This document shows positions 1 to 8,359 of a stretch of DNA of 64,000 nt, in pieces. Position 1 is the stretch's first letter, and each line of letters opens with the position of its first letter. Under the pieces are notes generated by a model that was given only the letters and a program-made list of their open reading frames with translations, ran no database searches and had not been told where the DNA came from. This DNA comes from Candidatus Sungiibacteriota bacterium (GTDB lineage: Bacteria; Patescibacteriota; Minisyncoccia; Sungbacterales; HO2-52-23), in NCBI GenBank assembly GCA_016432465.1, contig CP066690.1, positions 186,702 to 250,701 of the forward strand, read 5' to 3'. The translations under genes and the position numbers were made by a program.

Positions 1-504
1 CGCGGATAAAAGATACCAATTCTTGTTTTTCCAGCCCCGTATAAATCCCCAGAGTCCAAAAATCATAGCGGCCGAGAGCGGAACGTCAAGACGCAGCTGC
101 CTTGCGGCCGCGGGAAAAATTCCGGAAAAAAGCAGAATAAACCCTGACAGGACAGCCACTGTAAAATTATTGGTAAGCGTACGGGTCAGAAGATACACGC
201 CGTAGACTGCCGCAACCCCAAAGAGGGCAGAAGGCAGACGCATAGCAAACTCATTCTCGCCGAGAACCTTTACGCTGCCGGCCGTCAGCCAAAAAAGAAG
301 CGGCGGCTTATCAATCCAATCCTCGCCAAACCTTTTAAGAGACCAGAAATCGCCCCCCCGGATGGTATCCTTTACTACAATGGCATATTGCGCCTCGTCA
401 TAATCATAAAGAGGCAACGTACCAAGCTGCCAAAGGTGAAAAAAAAGAGAAAAAGTTATAAGGGCAAGAAGTATACTCTTTTGGCCCCAAGTAGTAGTAG
501 ACAC
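1..504 (-). CDS. Glycosyltransferase family 39 (ArnT/PMT-like) membrane protein, partial; the 5' part is in-window, GTG start near 504, and the gene runs off the window edge
   Basis: Minus-strand translation from ~504 reads VSTTTWGQKSILLALITFSLFFHLWQLGTLPLYDYDEAQYAIVVKDTIRGGDFWSL...DKPPLLFWL, the N-terminal signature of ArnT/PMT_2 glycosyltransferases. No in-frame ATG is present, so a GTG start is assumed. Confidence 0.45.
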   Translation of the reverse strand, partial: MSTTTWGQKSILLALITFSLFFHLWQLGTLPLYDYDEAQYAIVVKDTIRGGDFWSLKRFGEDWIDKPPLLFWLTAGSVKVLGENEFAMRLPSALFGVAAVYGVYLLTRTLTNNFTVAVLSGFILLFSGIFPAAARQLRLDVPLSAAMIFGLWGFIRGWKNKNWYLLSA

Positions 505-570
505 GTTCTTAGTTTACTGCAACCCACCCTACTTGGTCTAGGTTCTTGTTGTAGTTATGAAATGGGGGAA

Positions 571-607
571 AATCTCAAAACCCCGCGTAACGCGGGGTTT
601 TGAGATT
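571..607. terminator. Perfect 17-bp stem hairpin (AATCTCAAAACCCCGCG taa CGCGGGGTTTTGAGATT); likely intrinsic terminator downstream of the 779..1465 gene
   Basis: Palindrome read directly in the sequence, followed by T/C-rich sequence on the minus strand. Confidence 0.5.
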
Positions 608-625
608 CGCAAAATATAAAGTTTA

Positions 626-777
626 CCCCCCCACCTTCCCGAATACTCTGTGGTCGAGTCTGACTCGACTGCGGTCTCTTACCCTCCCACCAAAATTTGG
701 CGGGAGAGTGAACCGCAGGATGAAGGGGGTTTTCAAATCCTTCCGCTGGGTCCAATACCCCGCGGAAGGTGGGGGGG
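626..777. repeat. Long GC-rich inverted-repeat structure (CCCCCCCACCTTCCC ... GGAAGGTGGGGGGG) with ~120 bp of internal palindromes; member of the CCCCCCACCTTCCCAG hairpin family
   Basis: Arms at 626-640 and 763-777; internal hairpins GGTCGAGTCTGACTCGAC and CTCCCACCAAAATTTGGCGGGAG. Confidence 0.5.
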
Positions 778-778
778 T

Positions 779-1465
779 TTATCTCTTTAGCTGCTGAATT
801 TTATCAGTAACGGCTTTAATCTGGGTCTGCAAAAGTTTAAGCTGGGCTTTTTCAATTTGCTCCTTAATTACCTTAAGTTGAACGTCCGTTGGCGTCTGCA
901 CAGCCGCCTCAACTTTTGGTTTGGCTACGGGGCGCGGCAGAAGACGAATTCTCTCCTCCAATCTTAAGACCTGCTCCCGAAGCAAAACGGCTTGGCGCGC
1001 TTTTAATGATTCCTCCAAAAGCTCGCGGGTTTGCGCCTCTACCCTTGCTTGATCCTCCAGAAGCAAAACAAGCTCTTTTTGAAGTTCCTGAAGTCGCCCG
1101 CCTCCTGCCGTGTCTAACTCTGTCCTCATTTCTTTCAATCGTTTATCAATGCGGTTGGCCTCGTCTTCAATTGCTTTGGGACGCAAAGAGGCAACTGCCT
1201 GCTCCAGAAGCTTTTTTTGCTGCTCCAGTGTTTTTAGCATCTCCTCGGGCGGAGGTGTGGGTGCGGGTTTGGGCGCCGGTGCCGGTGGTTGCTCAACCTT
1301 TAACTTCAGGGTTTGCTCCTGAATTAATTTAAGTCTTTCCTTAATTAGTTTTAACTGAATAACCCGAAGCTGATCCTGAATTGCGCTCACACTGGCAAAA
1401 CCAGAACTTGTGCCTAAGAAAAAGGCAAGCAGAAGAACGGCTAAAATAAGCTGGGGACGATTCAT
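779..1465 (-). CDS. Secreted coiled-coil protein (signal peptide, heptad-repeat region, PAPAPKPAPTPPP linker)
   Basis: N-terminal MNRPQLILAVLLLAFFLGTSSGFA signal; extensive IQ..L..E..KL heptads. Confidence 0.6.
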   Translation of the reverse strand: MNRPQLILAVLLLAFFLGTSSGFASVSAIQDQLRVIQLKLIKERLKLIQEQTLKLKVEQPPAPAPKPAPTPPPEEMLKTLEQQKKLLEQAVASLRPKAIEDEANRIDKRLKEMRTELDTAGGGRLQELQKELVLLLEDQARVEAQTRELLEESLKARQAVLLREQVLRLEERIRLLPRPVAKPKVEAAVQTPTDVQLKVIKEQIEKAQLKLLQTQIKAVTDKIQQLKR

Positions 1466-1469
1466 AGAA

Positions 1470-2729
1470 TTATTTCTTCAAGGCGTTTATTTTCTCCTGA
1501 ATAAGCTTAATCTGTTCCTGAATCAGACGCGCTTGAATAGCTTTAATTTGATCCTGAATAGCTTTCATTTGAGCTGCGCTGGCTTGCGGGGTTGGTGCGG
1601 GTGCCGGAGCAGGTGCGGGCGCTGGGGCCGGCACAGGAGTTGACTGACCCTTTTTTAAACCCTCAATTTTGGCCTGAATCTCTTTAATTTTTTCCAAAAT
1701 GGATTGTGGTGTCACAGGAGCCGGAGATGGCGCTGGTGCAGGAACAGCTTGTCCCTTTTTTAACCCCTCAATTTTGGACTGAATCTCTTTAATTTTTTCC
1801 AAAATTGACTGGGCCGTAGGAGCGGCTGGCGCTAAAACAGCTTCCGGCGCCGGCGCAGTTCCAAACAGTTCATTTAGTTTTTTACGCGTTTGGGGACCAA
1901 CGCGGCCCACCTGTGAAATCCCATATTTTGCCTGAAATCTCTTAACCGCTGCTGTAGTTGCCGGACCAAAATAACCCGTAACCAGTCCTTCCGGATAAAT
2001 ACTTTTATCACGCGACAGGAGATCTTGAAGCTGTTTTACGGCATCATCCCGCATTCCCGGGGCAAGATCACGGGCAAAAACCCCAAAAGCCGGCGGCACG
2101 GCCCCAAATTTGGGCGCACCCGGAGTCAGAGCAAGCTTCTGGGCAATCTTGGTTTGGAGTTCAGAAATCTGGGTCTTGAGTTGAGCGACTTTAGAAACGG
2201 TTTCTGTAGTAGGAGTTGGGGGGCCTGATGGAGCGCCGCCTCCTCCGCCACCTCCTCCGCCGCCGCCTCCACCTCCTCCTCCGCCGCCGCTGCCGGTTCC
2301 TGTTCCTCCACCAGAACTGCAGGTACCAGACGGAGTAACTGTTACCGTGGTCTGGCTGTTTGGATCCCGAATAGTTATAGTGGATTCGCTAGAAGTACAA
2401 GTTGTGGTTACGGTTATAGAGGTTGGCGCATCATGAGTGAATTTCTTCCTATCGCCGGATGAGAGCGTTACCCGCCCACCGGAAGACATGGTAAAGGAAA
2501 AGGTCGTGGAGTTAACATTAAAAGAATCAAGCAGGGTATCGCGCATGGTGTACTGCGAACCATCGTCTGGCAACTGTAAGGTTACGTCGCTTTCCAGCGA
2601 AACGTCTGCTGCCCAAACCGCAAAAGGAAAAAGCCACACCGCTAAGAAAAACCATATTGTAAGAACCGCAAGGATTCTTTTCATAAAAAGAGTAAAATTC
2701 TTAAGACCTTTTGCACAATTTGCAGCCAA
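1470..2729 (-). CDS. Secreted protein with a peptidoglycan-binding (PG_binding_1-like) domain, an 18-residue poly-Gly run, (PA)n linkers and a C-terminal coiled coil
   Basis: Signal/TM ILAVLTIWFFLAVWLFPFAVWA; PG-binding-like DDAVKQLQDLLSRDKSIYPEGLVTGYFGPATTAAVKRFQAKYGISQVGRVGPQT; duplicated SILEKIKEIQ(S/A)KIEGLKKGQ. Confidence 0.65.
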   Translation of the reverse strand: MAANCAKGLKNFTLFMKRILAVLTIWFFLAVWLFPFAVWAADVSLESDVTLQLPDDGSQYTMRDTLLDSFNVNSTTFSFTMSSGGRVTLSSGDRKKFTHDAPTSITVTTTCTSSESTITIRDPNSQTTVTVTPSGTCSSGGGTGTGSGGGGGGGGGGGGGGGGGGAPSGPPTPTTETVSKVAQLKTQISELQTKIAQKLALTPGAPKFGAVPPAFGVFARDLAPGMRDDAVKQLQDLLSRDKSIYPEGLVTGYFGPATTAAVKRFQAKYGISQVGRVGPQTRKKLNELFGTAPAPEAVLAPAAPTAQSILEKIKEIQSKIEGLKKGQAVPAPAPSPAPVTPQSILEKIKEIQAKIEGLKKGQSTPVPAPAPAPAPAPAPTPQASAAQMKAIQDQIKAIQARLIQEQIKLIQEKINALKK

Positions 2730-2786
2730 AATTCTGGAATTGCAGTAGTATTGTTATTGTGCAAGAGATCTTTAAGTGCTAATTAC

Positions 2787-3785
2787 CTAGCGGCAAGCCG
2801 CACCCTGCCACACGGCAGGACCATTAGTAGTTGTGGCGACCAGACTGAAAACATTGCCATCCACATCTTCCATTTCAATGCACCCTCCTTTTCCGTTTGC
2901 TCCTGTAGCCGGACTGGACGAGTAAATGCGCAGAGTAGCGGTGGCTGCCTGACTGCTAATAAGGACAAGGCCGTCACCATCTACAGACAATTTTGCTCCC
3001 GGAGTTGAAGTGCCAATACCTATTCGTGCTTGGGAATCAACTACAAAGGTTGAACTCGCGCTTGAGGAACCAATTACCAAAGCATTTAAACCCCCAAAAG
3101 AGTTGACAGCAAACATGGCACTGGGGGTAGAGGTGGCAATACCAACTCTTGCGGGACGACCGGCGCTCTGTGACCCAACAGCCAGAAGAGGAAGACCATA
3201 ACTAGCGGTAGAGGTAGCAAAACTAAAGCCGTTTAATACGTTGGTATTAACAGTGGCCGTGGCGGAGTTGGAAAAAGTAACGGAGTTTGAGGTAACAGTA
3301 AGGGTATCAGCGGCAGCATCTCCTATGGTTACGTTGCCGTAAAATGTTGCGGCCGCGCCCACTAGCAGGGTGCTGGATGCATGCAGTGTTCCGTCAAACC
3401 ACACAATACCGTCAAACTCCGCTTGCCCCTCTACAAAGAAACTATCATCTGCCAAGGACGTGATGTGGCCGGGGTCGGAGTCCGCTCCAATACGGGCGCC
3501 AGATGTTACACTAAGGTCGGCGTTGGCCGAGACATTGCCCGTTGAGGTAAGGGTTCCGCCCACGGATACGTTGTTGCCAATAGTAGTTGCCCAGACGCTT
3601 ACTCCTACAGCAAGAGTTGCGCCTAAAACCAAGGCAAAAATAAATGAAGTCGTACTTTTTAAACGCGGCGTCCTGAAATTTGCGCGGCGAGTCGTCTTTT
3701 TAGATAAGATATGACGAGACGAAGTGTGCTTTCGCATAGTTTTATATAATGAGGCCCCAAAAAGAGGCGCATAGAATTGTCGCAT
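2787..3785 (-). CDS. Secreted Ser/Thr/Gly-rich beta-rich protein with tail-fibre-like RIGIGTSTPGAKLSV motifs
   Basis: Hydrophobic segment FIFALVLGATLAVGVSVWA after a basic N-terminus (true start may be the internal MRKH Met); repeated (V/I)GI(A/G)TSTP motifs. Confidence 0.55.
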   Translation of the reverse strand: MRQFYAPLFGASLYKTMRKHTSSRHILSKKTTRRANFRTPRLKSTTSFIFALVLGATLAVGVSVWATTIGNNVSVGGTLTSTGNVSANADLSVTSGARIGADSDPGHITSLADDSFFVEGQAEFDGIVWFDGTLHASSTLLVGAAATFYGNVTIGDAAADTLTVTSNSVTFSNSATATVNTNVLNGFSFATSTASYGLPLLAVGSQSAGRPARVGIATSTPSAMFAVNSFGGLNALVIGSSSASSTFVVDSQARIGIGTSTPGAKLSVDGDGLVLISSQAATATLRIYSSSPATGANGKGGCIEMEDVDGNVFSLVATTTNGPAVWQGAACR

Positions 3786-3894
3786 CTTTGCGGGACAAAA
3801 AATTAAATTAATAAATCCACGAGTTTTAATAATTTGACCTACTTTTCTTATTTTACCCCCTACATATAGGGTGTAAATAGCAAAACCTGTGGAT

Positions 3895-3928
3895 AACTCA
3901 AAGCCCGCTTTTAGGCGGGCTTTGAGTT
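3895..3928. terminator. 14-bp stem hairpin AACTCAAAGCCCGC ttttag GCGGGCTTTGAGTT between two surface-protein genes
   Basis: Perfect palindrome read in sequence. Confidence 0.4.
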
Positions 3929-3954
3929 ATTTAAGTGGTGGTGCAGACAAAAAA

Positions 3955-4024
3955 CCCCGTTAGAGATAAGTCCCGACGTGACGTCGGGACTGCCGATACC
4001 CAAGGCATCGGATCTCTAACGGGG
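3955..4024. mobile_element. MITE-like element (~70 bp) with 13-bp terminal inverted repeats CCCCGTTAGAGAT / ATCTCTAACGGGG and the internal hairpin GTCCCGACGTGACGTCGGGAC
   Basis: Terminal inverted repeats read directly; the same core recurs at 33032-33133, 56867-56968 and 58365-58554. Confidence 0.55.
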
Positions 4025-4045
4025 CAAGCAAGATTCCGTAAAAGT

Positions 4046-4069
4046 AAAGACCCCTTTGAGGGGGTCTTT
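4046..4069 (-). terminator. Intrinsic terminator hairpin AAAGACCCC tttgag GGGGTCTTT, 40 bp downstream of the 1221-aa gene stop
   Basis: 9-bp GC stem followed by ACTTTTAC on the minus strand. Confidence 0.5.
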
Positions 4070-4110
4070 ACCGCTAGCACAAGGATCTAGCTTAGGAAGT
4101 CAAACTTCCC

Positions 4111-7100
4111 TTAGTTTGAGAAGACGTTGGAAGACAGGTTGGTAGATGGAAGTCCTGGTACAAGGAAGCCGTTAGTCCAGTCAGTGGTTGAGGTTGCGGT
4201 TGAAATCGTGGTAGAGGTTGACATCGCTGACCACACAAAGTCGTTGTGAATGGCTGCGTTGCCCGAATCAATACCAAGCGCAACCGTAGCTGCTGTACAA
4301 AGCTTACCTCGCCCGGAATCGTGACAGCCTGTATTACCAAGCGCTTGGTCAGCCGTTGTGCTGGGGTTGGCTACGTGAGCAGGACGAGCGGCATCACCTT
4401 CAAGTTGTACGGTAATGGAGTTACCAGTTCCGGATCCGGGGTTAGTAATGTCTCCACGAAGCTCAAAGTATCGGGTTGCTCCGGCAGGAACAACGATTGC
4501 TTCGGTTGTGGAGGCAAGATTAGCCACCGGGCCAAAGAACCATACTACTTCACCAGTACCGCCACCTGCGGTTGAAGGAGCTGCCGGTGTGTTGGACGCA
4601 GTTGAGGTTACAGCCGTAGTAGCTACGTTACAACCGTTGGTGTCATTGTCTAAGTTAGACGAACCAGCACAATCAACATTGGAGCTATGAAGCGGGTTAT
4701 TGTCATACGCCTTAACCGAGAATCCAGAGTCAGTGTAGCCGTAAACGTTGAAGTTAGAAGATGTTGCCGAAACCGTAGAAGACGATACCAAGAAGGTGAA
4801 TTTGTAGAGCGCAATTGGTCCTGCCGCATCTGCCGTTACCTTAAAGCGATACATTACGGCAGCGGTTTGCGGAAGCGTAGTTGAAGGAACGGCAATTTTC
4901 TCAATTGTGGGTATAGATTTCATGATCTGCATGCCATTTCCCTGAACGCTGGGGCCGCTGGCCTGACCCAATCTCGCGCCTGACGACACACCAGTACCGG
5001 TTGAAGAACTGTTGGTGTCGTAGTTAATTGAGAGAATCCGACCGGCAGTGGTAGATGCTGTTACGCTGATGGTTCCTACGTCCGCCTTAACAGTAAGTAT
5101 CTTATCTCCATCTTTTGGCACTACGAAAGGAGCAGAAAGGGTGGAGGTTGCAAACTGCGCAGTTCCTGCCCAAACCGCTTCACCAATCTTAGTGGCGCCG
5201 TCCCACAACGAAACTTTCGTAAAGTCAGAGCTGGATGCTGTGGTGGAGGCGAAAGTAAGGGTGACATCCGTAATATTTACCGCTTCATCAACCGCCGAGT
5301 ACTTCAAGGCAAGCATAGGAACATCGGTCTTTCCTGAAAGAACCAGCGCTGCGGAAGGAGTGGCTCCATCCTTGGTTACGCTGAAAGAACCGGCAGATTT
5401 AATGGTCATAAGCGATCCGGTTCCCGTAGTAATGCTCTCGGTGATGCTTACACCTGTCTTTGCTCCGGAAGAACCAATGTTGGATGCGCCGGCATTAGTG
5501 CCCCAAGAATGGGTGCTATTGGCCGTTGCCGAGGAAGAAATGTTGCACTTAAGGTCAACTTTCTTAATGGTTCCTTTGGGAACAACAAGGTTGGTGGTAA
5601 GCGTGAAGGTGGTGTCATCAGTGGTTCCGGTTGAAGGATCGTCCGGGTTAACTACGTCGGATCCGCTGTTCAATTGCGTTGCGCCGTCATAGAGAATACA
5701 GCTATTCAACTCATCAAAAACACCGTTGGCTGATGCTGTATCTCGCAACTGGATGGAAGTAACCCGTACATCTTCACCTGATGCTACCGCATCAAAGATG
5801 TAGGTTGCGAAGTGGTATCCGTTAACTCCTTTTACTACGTTTTGCGCAAACGGCGTGTCGTTCACTGAAACTTTCAGCGCCGCCGGCTTTACGGTCTGAC
5901 CATTGGCTTGCACCAAGGTGCTAGCCGGAGTTGCGCTAATCGTAAGCCCGGTTATCGTGCCTTTGGCAGTGGTGTTGGACGGGTTAACACCGACTCTAAT
6001 AGTGTCATCCGCAACAAAGGAGGAATCAAGTTTGGCTTTTACAATATAAACATTGGCTCCTACTGGTGCGGTCCAGGTGTCTGTCCAAGCTACCTTACCA
6101 CTGGCTGGGTCTTTAGGACCAGCAACAATTCCGCCCTTGCTATCATACAGGGATACGCTCGTAACATCAGTTGATGTTCCGTTACCGGTAAAGGTGAAGT
6201 TTAAATCTATGGCCGTGAACTGAATGGGCTCGCCTTTTACGTCAAAAGTAAGGGCGCCAATCTCAATGTCAGACACCTCAACCGGAATGTTTCCGGAAGC
6301 AATCTTGTTAGAGCTTGAGAGAAGCACTGATCCTTTATCAATTGTTCCGGCATAAGCGTTGAAGAATGGCTCCTGATTAGAGGAGAATGCTCCCGCGCCA
6401 GCCGTACCGGATGATCCGCCGCCTACCACAATGTGGTAGCCGTAAAGTCTGCCTTGTACCACAATGTCTGCCTTCTTAAGAATGTCAAAGTCAAAGGTTC
6501 TGCCCGAACCGTCAACAACATCAATTTTTACAGATAAATCAATGTTGCCTCCCTTAATAACTTTTATGGGTTCGGTAAATTTGACAATGTAGTATTTGCC
6601 GTCAGAAGAAAGCTCTGTTGGGTACTCTTTATCTCCGGCTTTTACCACTACGTTCTTAAGGTCGGATTTGGCTGCAGATCCGGCTTGGTTGAAGCGAATC
6701 TGCCTAAAGTCAACATCTTCTGCCGAACCAACCGATGCTTTAACAGATGCCGCGTAGTAACCAACTGTTCCTACGTTTTTGGTGTTGGCAGCACCGGGAT
6801 CAAGCGAACCAATAGTCATGGTTACGCTTCCAATAGTCAGGGTGTTGTTGAAGGTCATTCCATTTCCGTCAATGGGGAACGTGCCGTTTACTTTAGAAGT
6901 ACCGGCGTCTATGGAAAGAACAGTCAACCGTCCTACCTGACCGGTTTGGTTGGTTAGGGAAGAAGCCGAGTTTACTGCAATAGTAACTGTCTTGGAAGTA
7001 CCTGCCTTAACCACCAAGCCATCCGTAAGGGTTGCTTTATGCTCCGAAGTTAAGGTCTTGGAGTTCCCAATCTGCGTTCCGTCCTCATCAAGGAGGAGAA

Positions 7101-7776
7101 TCCCGTCAAAAGCTGCGTCGTCGGCAAGTCCGCGGCGCTCAACAACAACGTTTTTCACTGTTACGTCGCCGTCGGCGCTCGCCGTAAGAATCATTTTGAC
7201 AAAAGGAACGCGTGAAGCAGACTGCGGAACCAATGTTGCCACTGGTTGTTCAGCCGGCGAAGTTACCGTAAGTCCGGAACCAACTGCTACTGAAACAGCT
7301 GGCGCTGCCGGAGCTCCGGGCGCTGCAGGAACTGCAGGCGCTGCCGCTACCACAGAATCATATTTGGCTCGTGAAATTGGACCAAAGTATCCTACGGCAG
7401 GCGATACGCCATTGGCTGCCTGCCATGCGGCTACTGCCGCTTTAGTTACACCACCGAAGTATCCGGTCGCGCCGCCAGAATAGGTGAAGTGGCCAGTACC
7501 GGTGAGATAGTTCTGTAGACATGTCACATCATCACCACGGGACCCCACCGTAAGGGCTCTGGTGAAAGAACACTTTGCTCCCGCACCTGCGGCTGGCGCT
7601 GCTGGCGCGCCGGAAAGTGCAAGAAGTTGTGCTTGGAGAGCTGCAATTTGCGCTGATAATTGCTCAATGGTGTGGGCCGTGGTGTGGTCCGCCACTGCGG
7701 CAATTGGCACTAAAACAGCTGCTCCGGAAATGGCAATAGTGCTTAGCACTGTTACCACTCTAAATTTTATACTCAT
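4111..7776 (-). CDS. Giant (1221 aa) cell-surface protein: signal peptide, coiled coil, PG-binding-like domain, long Ig-like/beta-sandwich repeat region
   Basis: MSIKFRVVTVLSTIAISGAAVLVPIAAVA signal; IEQLSAQIAALQAQLLAL coiled coil; CSFTRALTVGSRGDDVTCLQNYL...GYFGGVTKAAVAAWQAANGV (PG_binding_1-like); Thr/Ser/Val/Gly-rich beta repeats. Confidence 0.75.
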   Translation of the reverse strand: MSIKFRVVTVLSTIAISGAAVLVPIAAVADHTTAHTIEQLSAQIAALQAQLLALSGAPAAPAAGAGAKCSFTRALTVGSRGDDVTCLQNYLTGTGHFTYSGGATGYFGGVTKAAVAAWQAANGVSPAVGYFGPISRAKYDSVVAAAPAVPAAPGAPAAPAVSVAVGSGLTVTSPAEQPVATLVPQSASRVPFVKMILTASADGDVTVKNVVVERRGLADDAAFDGILLLDEDGTQIGNSKTLTSEHKATLTDGLVVKAGTSKTVTIAVNSASSLTNQTGQVGRLTVLSIDAGTSKVNGTFPIDGNGMTFNNTLTIGSVTMTIGSLDPGAANTKNVGTVGYYAASVKASVGSAEDVDFRQIRFNQAGSAAKSDLKNVVVKAGDKEYPTELSSDGKYYIVKFTEPIKVIKGGNIDLSVKIDVVDGSGRTFDFDILKKADIVVQGRLYGYHIVVGGGSSGTAGAGAFSSNQEPFFNAYAGTIDKGSVLLSSSNKIASGNIPVEVSDIEIGALTFDVKGEPIQFTAIDLNFTFTGNGTSTDVTSVSLYDSKGGIVAGPKDPASGKVAWTDTWTAPVGANVYIVKAKLDSSFVADDTIRVGVNPSNTTAKGTITGLTISATPASTLVQANGQTVKPAALKVSVNDTPFAQNVVKGVNGYHFATYIFDAVASGEDVRVTSIQLRDTASANGVFDELNSCILYDGATQLNSGSDVVNPDDPSTGTTDDTTFTLTTNLVVPKGTIKKVDLKCNISSSATANSTHSWGTNAGASNIGSSGAKTGVSITESITTGTGSLMTIKSAGSFSVTKDGATPSAALVLSGKTDVPMLALKYSAVDEAVNITDVTLTFASTTASSSDFTKVSLWDGATKIGEAVWAGTAQFATSTLSAPFVVPKDGDKILTVKADVGTISVTASTTAGRILSINYDTNSSSTGTGVSSGARLGQASGPSVQGNGMQIMKSIPTIEKIAVPSTTLPQTAAVMYRFKVTADAAGPIALYKFTFLVSSSTVSATSSNFNVYGYTDSGFSVKAYDNNPLHSSNVDCAGSSNLDNDTNGCNVATTAVTSTASNTPAAPSTAGGGTGEVVWFFGPVANLASTTEAIVVPAGATRYFELRGDITNPGSGTGNSITVQLEGDAARPAHVANPSTTADQALGNTGCHDSGRGKLCTAATVALGIDSGNAAIHNDFVWSAMSTSTTISTATSTTDWTNGFLVPGLPSTNLSSNVFSN

Positions 7777-8359
7777 AGGTTTATAAGTTCTATTTAATCT
7801 GGAAACCTATTCCTGCCTTCTGTAGTTACAGATTGCAGGAGGGCTTCCTGTGGACGAAGCGCTCATTTTTTATGTGTCGACGAATTGCACATAAACTAGG
7901 GGCGCTTTTTAATTTATTAATTGATAAACAAATAAATGTGGAGTCAAGCCTGCACCCGCGCTTCTTGCGAAGCACGAGATCGACCGGACCTTGAATCTCC
8001 AGACGATCAAATTTCTAAGTTATAAGATTTTTGCCTTTTAAGTTGTCAAGGTTCCCTCCGTTCAACCGTAAATCATTCTTGCAAGCCACATATCAAGCAA
8101 GTCTATCTTTTTAAGTATACCGGCCTGATATATGATTTGCAAACAAGCCCCTGTGGATATTGTAAACCAGCCCAAAAATGGCTTTCTTGCCGAAAATTAT
8201 GAAAGGTAAAACATGCTAGTAACTTAATTATAAGTCCGGTGGGGAACCGCGCAAGCTGCATTTATCCACAGGCTTTTTTGATGATTTATATAAGCTATTA
8301 CAGCAGTCAAAATCCGTCAATATTGTCAGATTTAAAGATTTGTTGTCTAGAGTATCAAG

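Noticed and set aside
889-1332. Plus-strand ORFs inside the coiled-coil and surface-protein genes (for example 889..1332, 5048..5692, 6950..7483, 38208..38663)
   Set aside because: These are shadow ORFs antisense to long, well-supported minus-strand genes. Their products are low-complexity, with no start context.
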